64,000 nucleotides of DNA from NCBI RefSeq assembly GCF_001194135.2, contig NC_068982.1, forward strand, positions 110,559,312 through 110,623,311, given 5' to 3'. Below the pieces are notes generated by a model. That model made no database searches, had not been told where the DNA came from, and saw only the letters and a program-made list of their open reading frames with translations. The translations under genes were made by a program, and so were the position numbers. The stretch is from Octopus bimaculoides (lineage: Eukaryota). Shown here one piece after another: positions 26,537 to 39,183 of the stretch (position 1 is its first letter; each line of letters opens with the position of its first letter).

Positions 26537-26822
26537 CATCATCATCATTTAACGTCAGTTTTCCATGCTGGCATGGGTTGGACGGTTTGACGGAAAACTG
26601 GTAAGCTGCACCAGGTTCCAATCTGATTTGGCATGGTCTCTACAGCTAGATGCCCTTCCAAGAGTGTAGTGGGTGCCTTTTACATGCTACCAGCACAGGT
26701 GTCAGTTATGTGACACTGGCATTGGCCATGACTATGATTTCACTTGGCTTGGCAGGTCTTCTCAAGCATGGCATATCGCCAAAGGTGTTGGTCATTCATC
26801 ATTGTCTATGTGAGGCCCAATA
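26537..26822 (-). mobile_element. RTE LINE 3' end, about 40 nt past the PTCD1 exon 8 donor
   Basis: Same 3'UTR family as 16262 and 37617. Confidence 0.75.
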
Positions 26823-26864
26823 CAAAATGAAAAAATAATAAATAAAGAATTGTTATTCACATAC

Positions 26865-27047
26865 CGCCTGAAGAATTTTCTTCCGCGCATTGGCTATATG
26901 ATTTTCAATGTGTTGGATGAATACAGTGTTAGGTTTTAGGTCCCATTTTGGCATCATTTCTAGAAGTTCAAGCTTGTATTTAAAATCCATACTGCTCTTG
27001 TACATTAACAGACCAAATATTTCAATATTTGGTTCCATACCAATTTC
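26865..27047 (-). CDS. PTCD1: PTCD1 coding exon 8 (EIGMEPNIEIFGLLMYKSSMDFKYKLELLEMMPKWDLKPNTVFIQHIENHIANARKKILQA)
   Basis: ttatcttattttag acceptor, GTATGT donor, 183 nt, phase 0-0. PPR-like. Confidence 0.88.
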
Positions 27048-27775
27048 CTAAAATAAGATAAAAGCTTAAAAAATAAATTAAATTAAAATGCAACCTGTTT
27101 GATTTGTTAACACTAGGCCATGTCAGAACCTGTATATAATATGTATGTGTGTGTATATATATATATAATAATAATAATACAAATGATATATGAGCATATG
27201 CATGTATACATACATATATGTACATACCTACATCTACATGTATATATAGATGCATATCCGGGTACAGGACGTGAAAAAAGGAACGGGAACATAAATAAAG
27301 CACAAAAAACAGACTTTTTTTTACGGACAACAGAATGAACACATAGGAAAACAGACGAGATATATATATTGCTTTATGTCAAGTTATATATAAAAGAATT
27401 TAACATTGAGGTGAAGGATTACTCAAGTACATATTTAAAAACTTTGATGTGAGACAGTCTGATGGAAAGTAGCAGGCTGAAACTTTGAAGTCACTGTCAC
27501 TTCCCTTGTAAAAATTATATATATATATATATATATATACCGCAGCCACTTGGCTGAAACACATAAATAAAAAAATAAAAAATATTGGATAATAAAGCGA
27601 ATGGTTTACACCTGGTAGCTTACTGGTAAAACACAGTCACTTTCAAAGTGTTTGTTATGTGTATGGCAAATTGACATAATAAATTCTCTTATATTCCATC
27701 TTTTGTCTTTCATTTGCCATCATTTAAAATAGTTTGATTCAGCCCCATGCAACTGATCTAGGCTGTTTTCACAGT

Positions 27776-27848
<73 letters not shown>

Positions 27849-27851
<3 letters not shown>

Positions 27852-28008
27852 TCATCATCATCATCATCATCGTTTAACGTCCGCTTTCCATGCTAGCATG
27901 GGTTGGACGATTTGACTGAGGACTGGTGAAACCGGATGGCAACACCAGGCTCCAGCCTGATTTGGCAGAGTTTCTACAGCTGGATGCCCTTCCTAACGCC
28001 AACCACTC
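27849..28008 (-). mobile_element. RTE LINE 3' end following a (CT)n(TA)n(CAT)n compound microsatellite
   Basis: CpG-retaining, apparently young copy of the same family. Confidence 0.8.
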
Positions 28009-29098
28009 TGGAACTGTTAGGATTGTACTGAAGATATAATGTAATGAGACAGTGGAGACAAAAAGCCTTGCAGTATTTGTTCCAGATTTTTATGTTCTGA
28101 GTTCAAATCTCATCTTTGACTTTCATCTGTCCAGGGCAGTGATTACTGGAATCGTGTGTGCTGGGCAAAATTCTGACTCTTTACATTCTGCAGGCTCAGG
28201 TAGGAATAAGGCACTTGTCGTACATAGTATGTAGCCAATATGATGATGCCTTATATAAAAAAAAACACAACAGAAATAGCATCATCATCATTTAACGTTT
28301 GTTTTCCACCCTGGCATGGGTAGGACATCTACAATAATTCTATGACAAGCACACAGCTCTTGTCAAGGAAACCACTGTGGGTCTTTCATGAGTCTGATGA
28401 TGCAAGGAAGACGGTAATGTAATAAGCCAATGTAGGTTACACAGGACTGGCACTCCCTATTTCTTTCCACAAGCCCCATGGAAAGATTTGAGTGCAGTAT
28501 GGCCTATCAATGAAACAACTATTGAACATACATTCTCTCTACAGTATTGAAATGTAATCGCTTCTAAATGGCATTGTCTTAACAAATGATGGATACTTTA
28601 GATAGTGTAGTTCTAAAGTAATTACTGACTGTGAAGTCTTGGCTTCAAAATTATAAGTAATAATAAGTAAACTTTACTAAAAGTATTGAGTACATTTATC
28701 TCCTTTTTGTAAATTCCAATTCACTTCTCTTCTGTTCACCTCTCTCTATGTGCGTGCATACATACATACATGCATGTATGTATCAGCTGAGCAAGTTTCT
28801 GCTGATTGCTTGACACTGGTAAAAACTAAAATTCCCTTCTTATCACAACATACCTTTAAAAAAAGAAAACACTAAATAAATTCATTATATTTGAAAAAGA
28901 TGTGATGGTCACAACTGGAATCCTCTTTATCATTTACTCAATCAGGACTGACATGGACTCAAACAACAACAAATGTTTAACAAGATCCCAGTCAACTTGA
29001 TTTTTATACTAAATTTGGCTTTATTCTCAATAAAGAGTCTTCCCATCAGTAATTGTTCTGTTGTTATTCTTAAACTTGCTTTAAAATAATAACCTTAT

Positions 29099-29478
29099 CT
29101 CTTTTACTTGTTTCAGTCATTTGACTGCAGCCAAGCTGGAGCACCGCCTTTAGTCGAGCAAATCGACCCCAGGACTTATTCTTTGGAAGCCTAGTACTTA
29201 TTCTATCGGCCTCTTTTGCTGAACCGCTAAGTTACGGGGACGTAAACACACCAGCATTGGTTGTCAAGCGATGTTGGGGGGGACAAACATATACACACAC
29301 ATACATATATATACGACAGGCTTCTTTCAGTTTCCGTCTACCAAATCCACTCACAAGGCTTTGGTTGGCCCGAGGCTATAATAGAAGACACTTGCTCAAA
29401 GTGCCACGCAGTGGGACTGAACCCAGGACCATGTGGTTGGTAAGCAAGCTACTTACCACACAGCCACTCCTGCACCTA
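29099..29478 (-). mobile_element. tRNA-derived SINE, family 1 (full length)
   Basis: Highly similar to 19087-19670; complete head, body and tail. Confidence 0.9.
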
Positions 29479-29584
29479 TATAATAACATTTATATATTTA
29501 TACACACACAACCAGGAATCACTGATAAATTGCATGCATGCAATCAGTCGCCATCAGCTTAACAAGAATATCCGTTATCCTTAC

Positions 29585-29701
29585 ATCGATGTTACGAAGG
29601 AGTTCCTTTGCTTCACTTAGTTTTATACAACCCATTGCTAAACAGCCAAAAGTTCTTTGGTTAGGATGTAAATTATCTTCCCCAATTTTGTGCAGAACAT
29701 C
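29585..29701 (-). CDS. PTCD1: PTCD1 coding exon 7 (DVLHKIGEDNLHPNQRTFGCLAMGCIKLSEAKELLRNID)
   Basis: Poly-T atttcag acceptor, GTAAGG donor, 117 nt, phase 0-0. L.PN..TF..LA.GC PPR-like motif. Not in the ORF track. Confidence 0.9.
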
Positions 29702-30201
29702 CTGAAATAAAAAAAAAACAAAAACATATAAGAGTGAACAAAAATAAAACTCTTACTACTTTCTACAAATTACATGGTTTTCTTGGGATTTCAAACAAAG
29801 CACATCATCATCATCATATGTGCAGATGATGATGGTGGTGATGATAAGTCTTGTCTAACCTCTGATAACATGCAAAAAGCTGATGTAAAAATGATCATAA
29901 TGATGAAATTTAATCAATATTGTCCATGTCCCATGTTGGTATGGGTTGGATGGTTTGATAGGATCCGATGGGACCAAGGACTGCAATGTGGTCCAGTGTT
30001 ATTTTGGCATGGTTTCTATGGTTGGATGCCCTTCCTAATGCCAACCACTTTACAGTATGTACTGGATGCTTTTTCCATAAAGTCAGTAACTAAAGAGGTT
30101 GCCAAGCAACTTGTAAGATTATGAACCTCAAGGAAGGACTTTATGTTAGGAGAATAAGGTTTAGAGAGGGATAAAATATAAGAGAAAAGAGCTGGAAGTA
30201 T

Positions 30202-30241
<40 letters not shown>

Positions 30242-30869
30242 ACTTTTAATAGAGCTCAAAACTGATCCATTGAAAATACTTTATTATAATGATAATAATA
30301 ATAATAATGAAAATGACCTATGATATATTTATATACATATATATCACCACCATCATTTGCCATGCTAGCATGGAAAAAGTAGGTATAAAAACAATGGTGA
30401 TGAGACATAATGATTTTATGAACATTCATATATATTAAATGTATATTTTGTGTATATGTGATCAGGGAAGTGTAAAGCCATGTGTATGGGTGTTGGGTTC
30501 ATCATTGTAAGATTATGGGTACAGTTCCTAGTTTGGTGAGTTTAGGAACTTGCTTTAGAGGAGCATCATTTGAAAAAGATAGAAAGGAGGAATTGGAGAA
30601 GTTTTTGCATGTGGCAATGTGTATCAAGGTGATTGTGAGGAAAGTTTTCTCTTGAGTTGTTCAATATAGAGATGGAGATGGTAGAATATATAAAATTTTG
30701 TTAGAGGTAACATATGACCTGGGAATGGTAGACTTCACAAGAAAAATGAAACATACAGAGAGATGTTATAATGCAGGCTTGAAAAAATATGGGCTATAAG
30801 ATCACACATGTTCACACACACAATTGTATGTTATTAGACAGCAGAATGATTGACAAACATAAAACAAAC

Positions 30870-31258
30870 CCTTGCATCCTGATACCGTAAGGACCGATTT
30901 CTTCTCCTGATTATCATGTTATACAAATCAATGTCTGGTTGCACCCCCAAACTTTTCATGTAGGCCAGAATTTCAACTTCTGCATTATTGTTTAATGGCA
31001 AGCAGTCAATTATTTGAGTGAAGGTTAAAATATTTGGCTTGATTTTGTTTTTCTCCATATCTTTAAGAATACTGAAAGGTCCACCTATCAGAGCAAGTCG
31101 ATTATCTGGATAAGTAAGATCAAGACTTTTTCCTGACTCTGACTGATCGAAATAGTTTGGTTCTTTTTCAATCAAATTGCTAATTGGTTGAACGATTTGA
31201 TCTGCTTTAGAATGATTTACACTGCTCACTGGAATTTCACAATCTTCATTTATTTTGT
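30870..31258 (-). CDS. PTCD1: PTCD1 coding exon 6 (D-KINEDCEIP...DNRLALIGG...IKPNILTFTQIIDCLP...LGVQPDIDLYNMIIRRRNRSLRYQDAR)
   Basis: tttcag acceptor (phase 1), GTTTGT donor at 30869, 389 nt. RLALIGG and KP..LTF motifs plus PPR repeats. Confidence 0.88.
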
Positions 31259-32321
31259 CTGAAATTTCAAAGAAAGTTTGTCAAAATTCTAAAATAAGAT
31301 ATTAGGCTTGAATAACTGAGTTAGACCTATTTCTTTCAATGGTCTTTTGTTACAGGTTTTTTAATGTTAGTATGAAGTAAGGTTGATTTTGAAGATTTCA
31401 ACATTTGTATATTGTTGAAGAAATTGTTTTTAAGTTATATACAGTTTTTTCTTTTAAACATTTAAGTGTGAAATAGAAGTGGAATGTTTGTTAACCAAAC
31501 ACTAGAGTATTCAGAGTTATGCACTGGCCTTCAGATGTATACATACAAATGCTTAAGATTTAAACTCATAGCTATATCAATTTTATAGTTCATCAATTTA
31601 ACCTGACAATCATTATGTAAAATAATAGAACTATCCAACATACATTTAAAAAATAAATGGTCAAAACAAGTACCACATGAGTTTCTATTTTATTAGATAC
31701 ATTTACATCCATGAGACACAAATGTTAATGTAGCTAATAAAGCTATATTAATATCTATTGATTTTTGCCTCTGTCTATTTGTTAATAAGAAAATATACTC
31801 AACATCTGTGAAATCACTTATTTATGCTACCTTGATCTACAATGTTGCTGCATAATTTTAAGTGTTGTCTTTATTTGAACAGATCTCAACTGGTTTGGCA
31901 GAAGCACAGATCATTATCATGAGCCAAAAGACACTCAATATGGACACTCGACCTGTTAGAAATGGTTGGCAAATCTCCCTCAAATTATAATCTACCAGCT
32001 TGAAAAGGGAGAGACTCATTGGATAATACAGTCCTAGATGCACATCGTCTGAGAGAAAGATGGGCTAGAATGCATTTGATTATAAAACTGGTCAGTCAGG
32101 ACTGACTTGGGGTTGAACTACAACACTGCATTCATTTTACTTTGACTTCAGACTCTTTCACATATTAATATTTCAATAAGGCTTGACATCATCATATTTT
32201 TTATTTGTTTTTATAAATTGATTTGATGTTGCTGATGTATGATCTGAACATCTGTACTGGTATAGAAAAACTTCTGAAAAAGTGTTCATTAGCAAAATTC
32301 AAGTTAAGAAAGAGAAAATAC

Positions 32322-32487
32322 CTTCATCTACTGAGGTCGACTTATTATGGTTTGATGGTGCAGTGCGTTCAGGGAAATTCATAACATTACTAGTGGTACC
32401 AAACCCTGAATCCCTGACTGTACGGATTAATAAGTTGTAGAGTGGAAGATCTGGTTTAATTTTCAGAGAGCCCAATTGTTTCCAAAC
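32322..32487 (-). CDS. PTCD1: PTCD1 coding exon 5 (VWKQLGSLKIKPDLPLYNLLIRTVRDSGFGT...STSVDE+G)
   Basis: T10-atag acceptor, GTATTT donor, phase 0 to 1. VW...YNLL....RD.G.G continues the PTCD1 alignment. Confidence 0.9.
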
Positions 32488-33791
32488 CTATAAAAAAAAA
32501 TGAAACTTATTTACATGCATAACAGGTATGTCTATGTGGTTAAACAGTTTGCATTGCAACCATGTGGTTCTGGGTTTGACCCTACTGCACAGCACTTTGG
32601 ACAAGTCTCTTCTACCATAACCTGAGACTGACTTGCATGTAAAATTTGGCTGACAGAAAACCCATCAAAAATATATACAAATATATAAGACACTGAGCCT
32701 TATGAAGGAGGTGATTAAGGACTGACATATCTGGCGCACTGCTGTACACTGAAGAAGACCCCCTCTGCCACAGCAGAACTGATACTGATGCTGGTGCCAT
32801 GTTAAAAGTACTGGTTCTGGTGCCACATAACATGGACACACATATCTTTTCATCAGAAAAGAAGGCAGTGCAATGACCCTTTATGGAGGGACAAAGTTAT
32901 TTTAAAAACTTAAAATTTGGCCTAGATGCTTGCAAAAGAGTAGACAATACTAAAGGTATAATACTAAATGTATAAGACCACCAACTGGTACCTAAAGTAC
33001 TAGGTGATGTTAAACTGGTTATACACACACTACTATTATAGCTTTTAATTAGAATTGAACATATTCTTGATTCTGATAATCAATGGTTAATTGGCTATCC
33101 TTCTTGTCAATGTTTCTAGTTCAGATATTAATTCCCAATAACCAGATAAACTGGGGTATGTAGAATTAAATGTCATGCCCAGAGGTGCAATGAAATAGTT
33201 GTCATAGATTTGAAGCCAAGACCTTGGGAGTTTGCTATTAGTAACATTTTAGTTTTGTAATCAACCATTTTGTCACCTCTATGAACCCCCAAAAATAAAA
33301 AAATAAAAAAAATAAAAACTTATGAGGGATTTGCTATATGGTCTCAAGACCTGCTAGAAACAGCAACCAAATCTCCCTGAAATAATGTCAGTGTTGTAAA
33401 GAAAGACATTAGATATAATTTGAAGAGATACCATTTTTGAATATAAGATGGAATGGTCATAGGTTGAAATTTTGATCATAGGTTTCTTTTGTCATTGTTT
33501 TAACATCCACTTTCATTGCTTGTATAGTTCAGACAGAATTTGTTGAGGTGCATTTTTAAGGTCATATTCTCTTCCTCTTGCTAGCTCTCAACTGTTTTCA
33601 AATAAGGTAATATTTCCTCATAACCGGACATGTTTTCACAGAAGATTGGAAATGAAGTACACTTCTAGCATGACAGTAACATTCATTTATATCATACAAT
33701 GTCAAGTCAAAGAGACAGCAAGACACACACACATGATAGAAAAAAAAAAAAGAAATGTCTGATGAGAAGTTAAAAGAAAAGCATTGTTTAC

Positions 33792-34109
33792 CTGTAGGGC
33801 ATGTCTGAGACCTGCCTTTTTGTCTGATACACATCCCATCAATAGGAAACTGAATAATTCAGCATCTGGAGGATGTATTTCACAGAAGCTATCAGCAACC
33901 TTGAATGCTGTCGGAATGTCACCACAGACACTGTAAGATTTTATCATTGCTTTGTATGTGATTGGATGAAGTGGCACTTCTTTCTCAAGGATTAATTCAT
34001 GAAGTTTACGAGTCCTTTGTAAACCATCGCTCAACCAAGGAGAATTGGAACAGCAGTTGAATAAACAAGTGTAGGTGTGACCTGTAGGTTGTATCCCCAT
34101 CTTCTTCAT
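33792..34109 (-). CDS. PTCD1: PTCD1 coding exon 4 (MKKMGIQPTGHTYTCLFNCCSNSPW...FSFLLMGCVSDKKAGLRHALQ)
   Basis: tttttcag acceptor, GTAAAC donor, 318 nt. PPR repeats; FSFLLMGC..DKK.G.R.ALQ is strongly PTCD1-like. Confidence 0.95.
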
Positions 34110-34884
34110 CTGAAAAAGATATTAATTTGCTCATAAAAAAACTCACCATCATCATCATCATCACACCACAAACAATGTAGGTTTTCTGCAAATCTGCATA
34201 TGTTATATAAATTATTTATTATAAAAAAGAGGAACAATTAGCTTTCACAGGCCTTGAGACTGGTGGTATTGTTGAGGCTTAGTTTGAACTTTTGAAAGTT
34301 CATGTCTGTAGAATATATATGGGCAGGGACAGAGTTTGAGAGAAGAACAGTTCTGGTGAAAAAGGATAAAGTAGATAGTTCCATTCAGATTTTGATGGCG
34401 GAAGATATAGTATGGATGACAGGTGGTCTTAACTGGGGGTAATTGTTTATTAGTTCGGAAGAGGAGGAACCATTGTAATATTAGAGAGAGAGAGAGAGTG
34501 TGTAGACTATATGTCTGTAATGGCTGTAGCATGTTGGTGAGTGAGGATTTGTGAATCACTTGCATGGTATTTTTGATAGCAATTTTTGGAGGTGGCAGCC
34601 TAGCATGTTTGTATGTACTGTGGATGTCCTGTCTCACATATGTGAACAAGATTTTAATGTGCAGTAGATATGTACATTGCAGTAATAAAACATTAATGGG
34701 ATCATAGTGTAGGAACCAGCATTGTATAATTGACCATAGTGCTGAATTTAAGTACTTGTATGGGTCTGAAGAAGGTGATGGGAAATGACTGCCAAGAAAT
34801 ACCCACTATATGTAAACTAAGTGATAAGCAGGGACCCATCAACCAAACGTTTATGAGACCAAGACTCAGTATAGAAAGACTTAC

Positions 34885-35025
34885 TTTATTAAACAAACTG
34901 AAAGCTTTCTTGGTGTATCCAGTTTTTCCAAGAATACCAAGAAGTTGGTTAAAAACATAAGCGTTTGGCATGACACGGTGTTTCTTTAGCATCATGTCTT
35001 CCAGTGTATCAATAGCTTCCAAAAT
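34885..35025 (-). CDS. PTCD1: PTCD1 coding exon 3 (ILEAIDTLEDMMLKKHRVMPNAYVFNQLLGILGKTGYTKKAFSLFNK)
   Basis: ctgttttag acceptor, GTAAGT donor, 141 nt. PPR motif with GY.KKAF.L.N. Confidence 0.93.
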
Positions 35026-35339
35026 CTAAAACAGAATGAAAAAAAAAAAAAAGAGAATGGATTAAAAAATTCCCCAAAAGTTGTACCATAAACTGAGCAA
35101 TATATATTTTTATGCACAACATAATGTGTTTAAATAATACATTGAAGGTTGAGGGTATAATTTTATCAATAAAATTTGTATTTCTTCAATACAGGAAGAC
35201 ATCTTCAAGATGTGGTGACTTCTAGAAGAGAGAACAACTTAGTACAGAACATTGATCTTTTAACATTTTCAGATTAGCATCTTCTCTCCACATGACCTTA
35301 ACATTATCAACCTTTTGCAGACAGCCATCAACAATGACA

Positions 35340-35680
35340 TCCTCTGACACCTACAATTCGTCTCTCTCCCCAGTGACCACATCCTCAGTACGACTTCCAC
35401 AGACCCAAATCCATATTTCAATCACTGGAGATGTACTCTCTTATGTCACTGCCCAGTGGACTGTCACTTTAGAGAAATTTGGTGAAAGCAATGTTATTGC
35501 CCAAGGCATTAGCAAAGCCTTTGACCAAGCTACACATACAGACCTCCTGGACTGCATCCAGAGAGTAGTCACTTGACTGACTGGCATTAAATCTTAGAAT
35601 AATTTCCCTCCTTCCTTCAACCAGTTTCAGAGACCCTTGAGAAAGGTCATAGGTACTGTCCTTCTACCTCTGACTAAATC
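35340..35680 (+). mobile_element. CR1/Jockey-group LINE RT fragment in a PTCD1 intron
   Basis: ITGDVLSYVTAQWTVTLEKFGESNVIAQGISKAFDQATH resembles the STGD...ALDISKAFDRVWH RT motif. Confidence 0.65.
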
Positions 35681-36394
35681 AATAGCAAACAAAGTTGTGA
35701 TGTAAAATGTGACTATATCAGACAATAAGTCATAGGCTACACAAGGGCCAAAGTACAACATTCACTGAAAATAAAAATTGCAGCATTTGCTTCTTTAAAA
35801 TGTTACATATGTTAATATAACATTCAGGTTCTAATTTTTTCTTTGTCTCTTTTAAATGTTCTACCAGTCATTTTGCTATATCAAAATGTTATGTAGTTTC
35901 TTTTGCACCCTCTTAGTTTGAAATTAATTTATTGATTTTTATTTCCAGAGAAATTGATTTTCTTGAATATATTTAACAATATAAAATATTAATTCTAACT
36001 GAAGTGTTAGCTTAGAGTGAAGTTCAAATAATGAAAGGAAATAAAACCGAAATGGAAACGATTAAATGATGTTTCTGTATGCATAAGGTAAAAGTAAAAA
36101 AAAAACAAACAAACAGAAAACCAACTCAAAAGTGAAAACGTGTAAACCGAGTGACAGCATATTTTGGTAGTATTAGATGTCCAACTGAATTATCTCCCTT
36201 AACATCAAAGATGACTGCATTTCGTATCTTAATGAAATAAATAAATTTGTAGCAAAGTAGTGAGGCCAATATACAAAAACCCTGAAAGGTGGTGCCCTCG
36301 CATGGCTGCTGTTCAATGAAAGAAGCATTCAAAAGAAGTAGATATCAAAAACAGCAAAGAAAACAGGAAGTGAAAGTTAACAAAGAAACTCAAC

Positions 36395-36518
36395 CTTTCC
36401 TTCTTTTCCCAGTTGTTTGATCCTTCCAGCATACCAATATGGTTCATGTAATCGACCTTTTGGAGAGAGCCGGATGTGATTTCGACCTTCATTTTCATCT
36501 CTTTTGTCATCGACGAAG
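36395..36518 (-). CDS. PTCD1: PTCD1 coding exon 2 (S-FVDDKRDENEGRNHIRLSPKGRLHEPYWYAGRIKQLGKEGK)
   Basis: ttctcattttag acceptor, GT donor at 36394, phase 2 to 0. PYWY...KEGK matches vertebrate PTCD1 PYWYFLQCKHLIKEGK (recalled). Confidence 0.9.
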
Positions 36519-37616
36519 CTAAAATGAGAAATAATGTGAAAAAATATCAATTCACTACGTTGTTTTTGTTTAGTTCTAGGTCAAACCATATCAGGCTGAC
36601 TTTTTACCTAAGGCTTTCCAGTCGTAACTATCCTGTCATTTTGGGGAGTCTGTGTCTACATTATCCTACAATGTCCTTATTTAAGATGATTGAGTATAAT
36701 TTGTAGAAGACTTAGCTGTTATTTCTAACAGGTTGAGAGACTATGAAGAAAGTCCTGCAGATTATCAGACAAGTCTGTAATGTATGCACCTCCTATATAT
36801 CTAACTATAGTTACATACATATACACACACACACACATGCATATATTTTCAATACTTGTCTATGTAGGATGATAAAATTTGGGATATTTCTCAATACAAT
36901 GTTGGAACATATGTTGTGTATTTTTACAGTTATATGCTTCTATTAGCTGCTTAACTATGACAGCAAACTAACAATTATTTCAGTAGGGATCATTTATGAA
37001 AAGCCAAATGTTTTATAAACTTTTCATATACACCTCGGAAAAATTAGAATGTGGCATTGAGGAAGCATCTATTAGATGCTTGGTCTGCTAGAAATAGCAA
37101 CCAAATCTCAGAGAATTTCCACTGACCCAAGTAAGCAAGGAAATTAGATATCAAAATGATTTTTATTGCTATTTTCTACAGCTGTCAGGTTTTCCTTCAT
37201 GATCATGTGGTCCATATTCTAGCATCTTGACCATTTAGCCAATAAGAGAATACAAATGAAAACCATACAAAATATGGAAACAGCATGGCTTAAGTGCTTA
37301 AGTTTGCTTTGTAACTGCATAATTCGAGGTTTGATCTCACAGCCATACCTTTAATACATGCTTTTCAACAGGGAGAGTATCTATAGTCAGAAACATCAAC
37401 TCTTTCCAAGCAAGGAAGTATTCCTCAATGGTTAGATATATTTTCACAAAAGATTCAAAATGTACAACACTGCTTGTATGATGGTGACACCCATTTAAAA
37501 CTACTGTGTGACGTTAAGGCAAAACACACACACACACACATATATATATTACATATATATGATGGGCTTTTTTCAGTTTGCTTCTTCCAAATCCACTCAC
37601 AAGGCTTTGATCAGTC

Positions 37617-38262
37617 CATCATCATCATCAGTATCATCACCATTGTCATTTAACATCTGCTTTCCATGCTGGCATGGGTTCGACGGTTTGACTGAGGACT
37701 GGCAAGTTTTCTACAGCTGGATGCCCTTCCTAACGCCAACTACTCCAAGAATGTAGTGGGTGCTTTTTATGTGCCACCAGCATGGGTGCTGGTCAGGCAG
37801 TGCTGGCATTGGCCACACTTGAATGGTGCTTTTTACATGTCAGTCAGGTGGCATTGGCATCGGCCATGCTTGAATGGTGCTTTTTACGTGCCACCAGCAC
37901 AGATGCCAGTTCGGCAGCACTGGCATCAGCCAGGACTATGATTTCACTCAGTTCAACAGGTCTTCACAAGCATGGCATATTACCTGATAATTAAAGGGTG
38001 CTTTTAAGTGGGTCAGTTATGTGACACTGGCATCAGCCATGACTATGATCTCATTTGGCTTGCTGGGTCTTCTCAAGCACAACATATTTCTAAAGGTCTC
38101 GGTTGCTCGCCATTGTCTCTGTGAGACCCAATATTTGAAGGTTGTGCTTCACCACCTCATCCCATGTCTTCCTGGGTCTACCTCTTCCACAGGTTCCCTG
38201 CACTGTTAGGGTGTGACACTTCTTCACACAGCTGTTCTCATCCATATGCAACTCTCCTACGG
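37617..38262 (-). mobile_element. 5'-truncated RTE LINE (ORF2 C-terminus and 3'UTR)
   Basis: ORF 38090-38278 gives MDENSCVKKCHTLTVQGTCGRGRPRKTWDEVVKHNLQILGLTETMASNRDL. The GRPRKTW motif is typical of RTE C-termini. Confidence 0.85.
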
Positions 38263-38566
38263 CTGTGGTAAAAGACATTTGCCCAGGATGTCACACAGTA
38301 GAATTGAACTTGAAACTGCATGGTTATGTGCAGCAATATAAATTTCCTGCAGTATTTGATCCCTGTGGAGCAAATATAACAAGCAGTAGAGATAATTCCA
38401 TAATGGGAAGTAACTCTATATATGAACTCAACCAGTCAGTAACTAGAGAATTATAAAATGAGCATGAGACTAAGTATTGAATTGATATAATTGACTAAAA
38501 TCCATGAAGAAAGTGCTCCAGCACGGGACAACCCAATTACTGAAACTAGTAAAAGACTAAACTCAC

Positions 38567-39183
38567 CTGTCATCCTCAGTTTCATCGTAGAGCAATTTCC
38601 TTCGCTCCAATGGCTCAGCTAGGCTCCCAAAACTATCAGACCAAGAAGATTCAGATTTCAAGGTAGGGTATTTCTTAAAAGAAACTTCTTTTGGTTTTCT
38701 AACTGTACTTTTCTTTTCCTGTATTACAGAAGTATTTCTTAATAACTGTTCTTTTGGTTTTTCAACAATTGTTTTTTTTTTCTGTATTTTAGAAGTGTTT
38801 CTTAATGGCTGAAGAGCAGATTTCCTTGTACTTTGCCAAATATTACCAAACAAATTGGTGTCAGAACATGAAACAGTTGTTTTGAACCAATTTTTATTTT
38901 CTTCTTTTTCTTTTGCAGTCAGAATTCTCTTATAACGTTTTCGATGCACTTTCGACTTTGCAGTCTTTTTATTTTCCTCATTTTCAGGAGCTGGAGAAAG
39001 TTCAGCAGAAGAAGCAGTGACAGTGCAGTAGTTATTGGTTCCAGCTGAGATACTAGCCTTGGTTAGTTTTGTTGAGAGATTATCCAAGACAGTCACTGAA
39101 GGAATTTTGTTGAGACATATGTTTCTGGTAATTCCAGACTGTAACTGAATTGCTTTTATAACTCCTATCAGTAAGTTTGACAT
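38567..39183 (-). CDS. PTCD1: PTCD1 coding exon 1 (MSNLLIGVIKAIQLQSG...SDSFGSLAEPLERRKLLYDETEDD+AG)
   Basis: Acceptor ttgtttttgcag| opens the exon at 39198; first ATG at 39183; GTGAGT donor at 38566, phase 2. FGSL matches the FGTLS motif upstream of the PPR repeats. The start codon is inferred. Confidence 0.75.
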
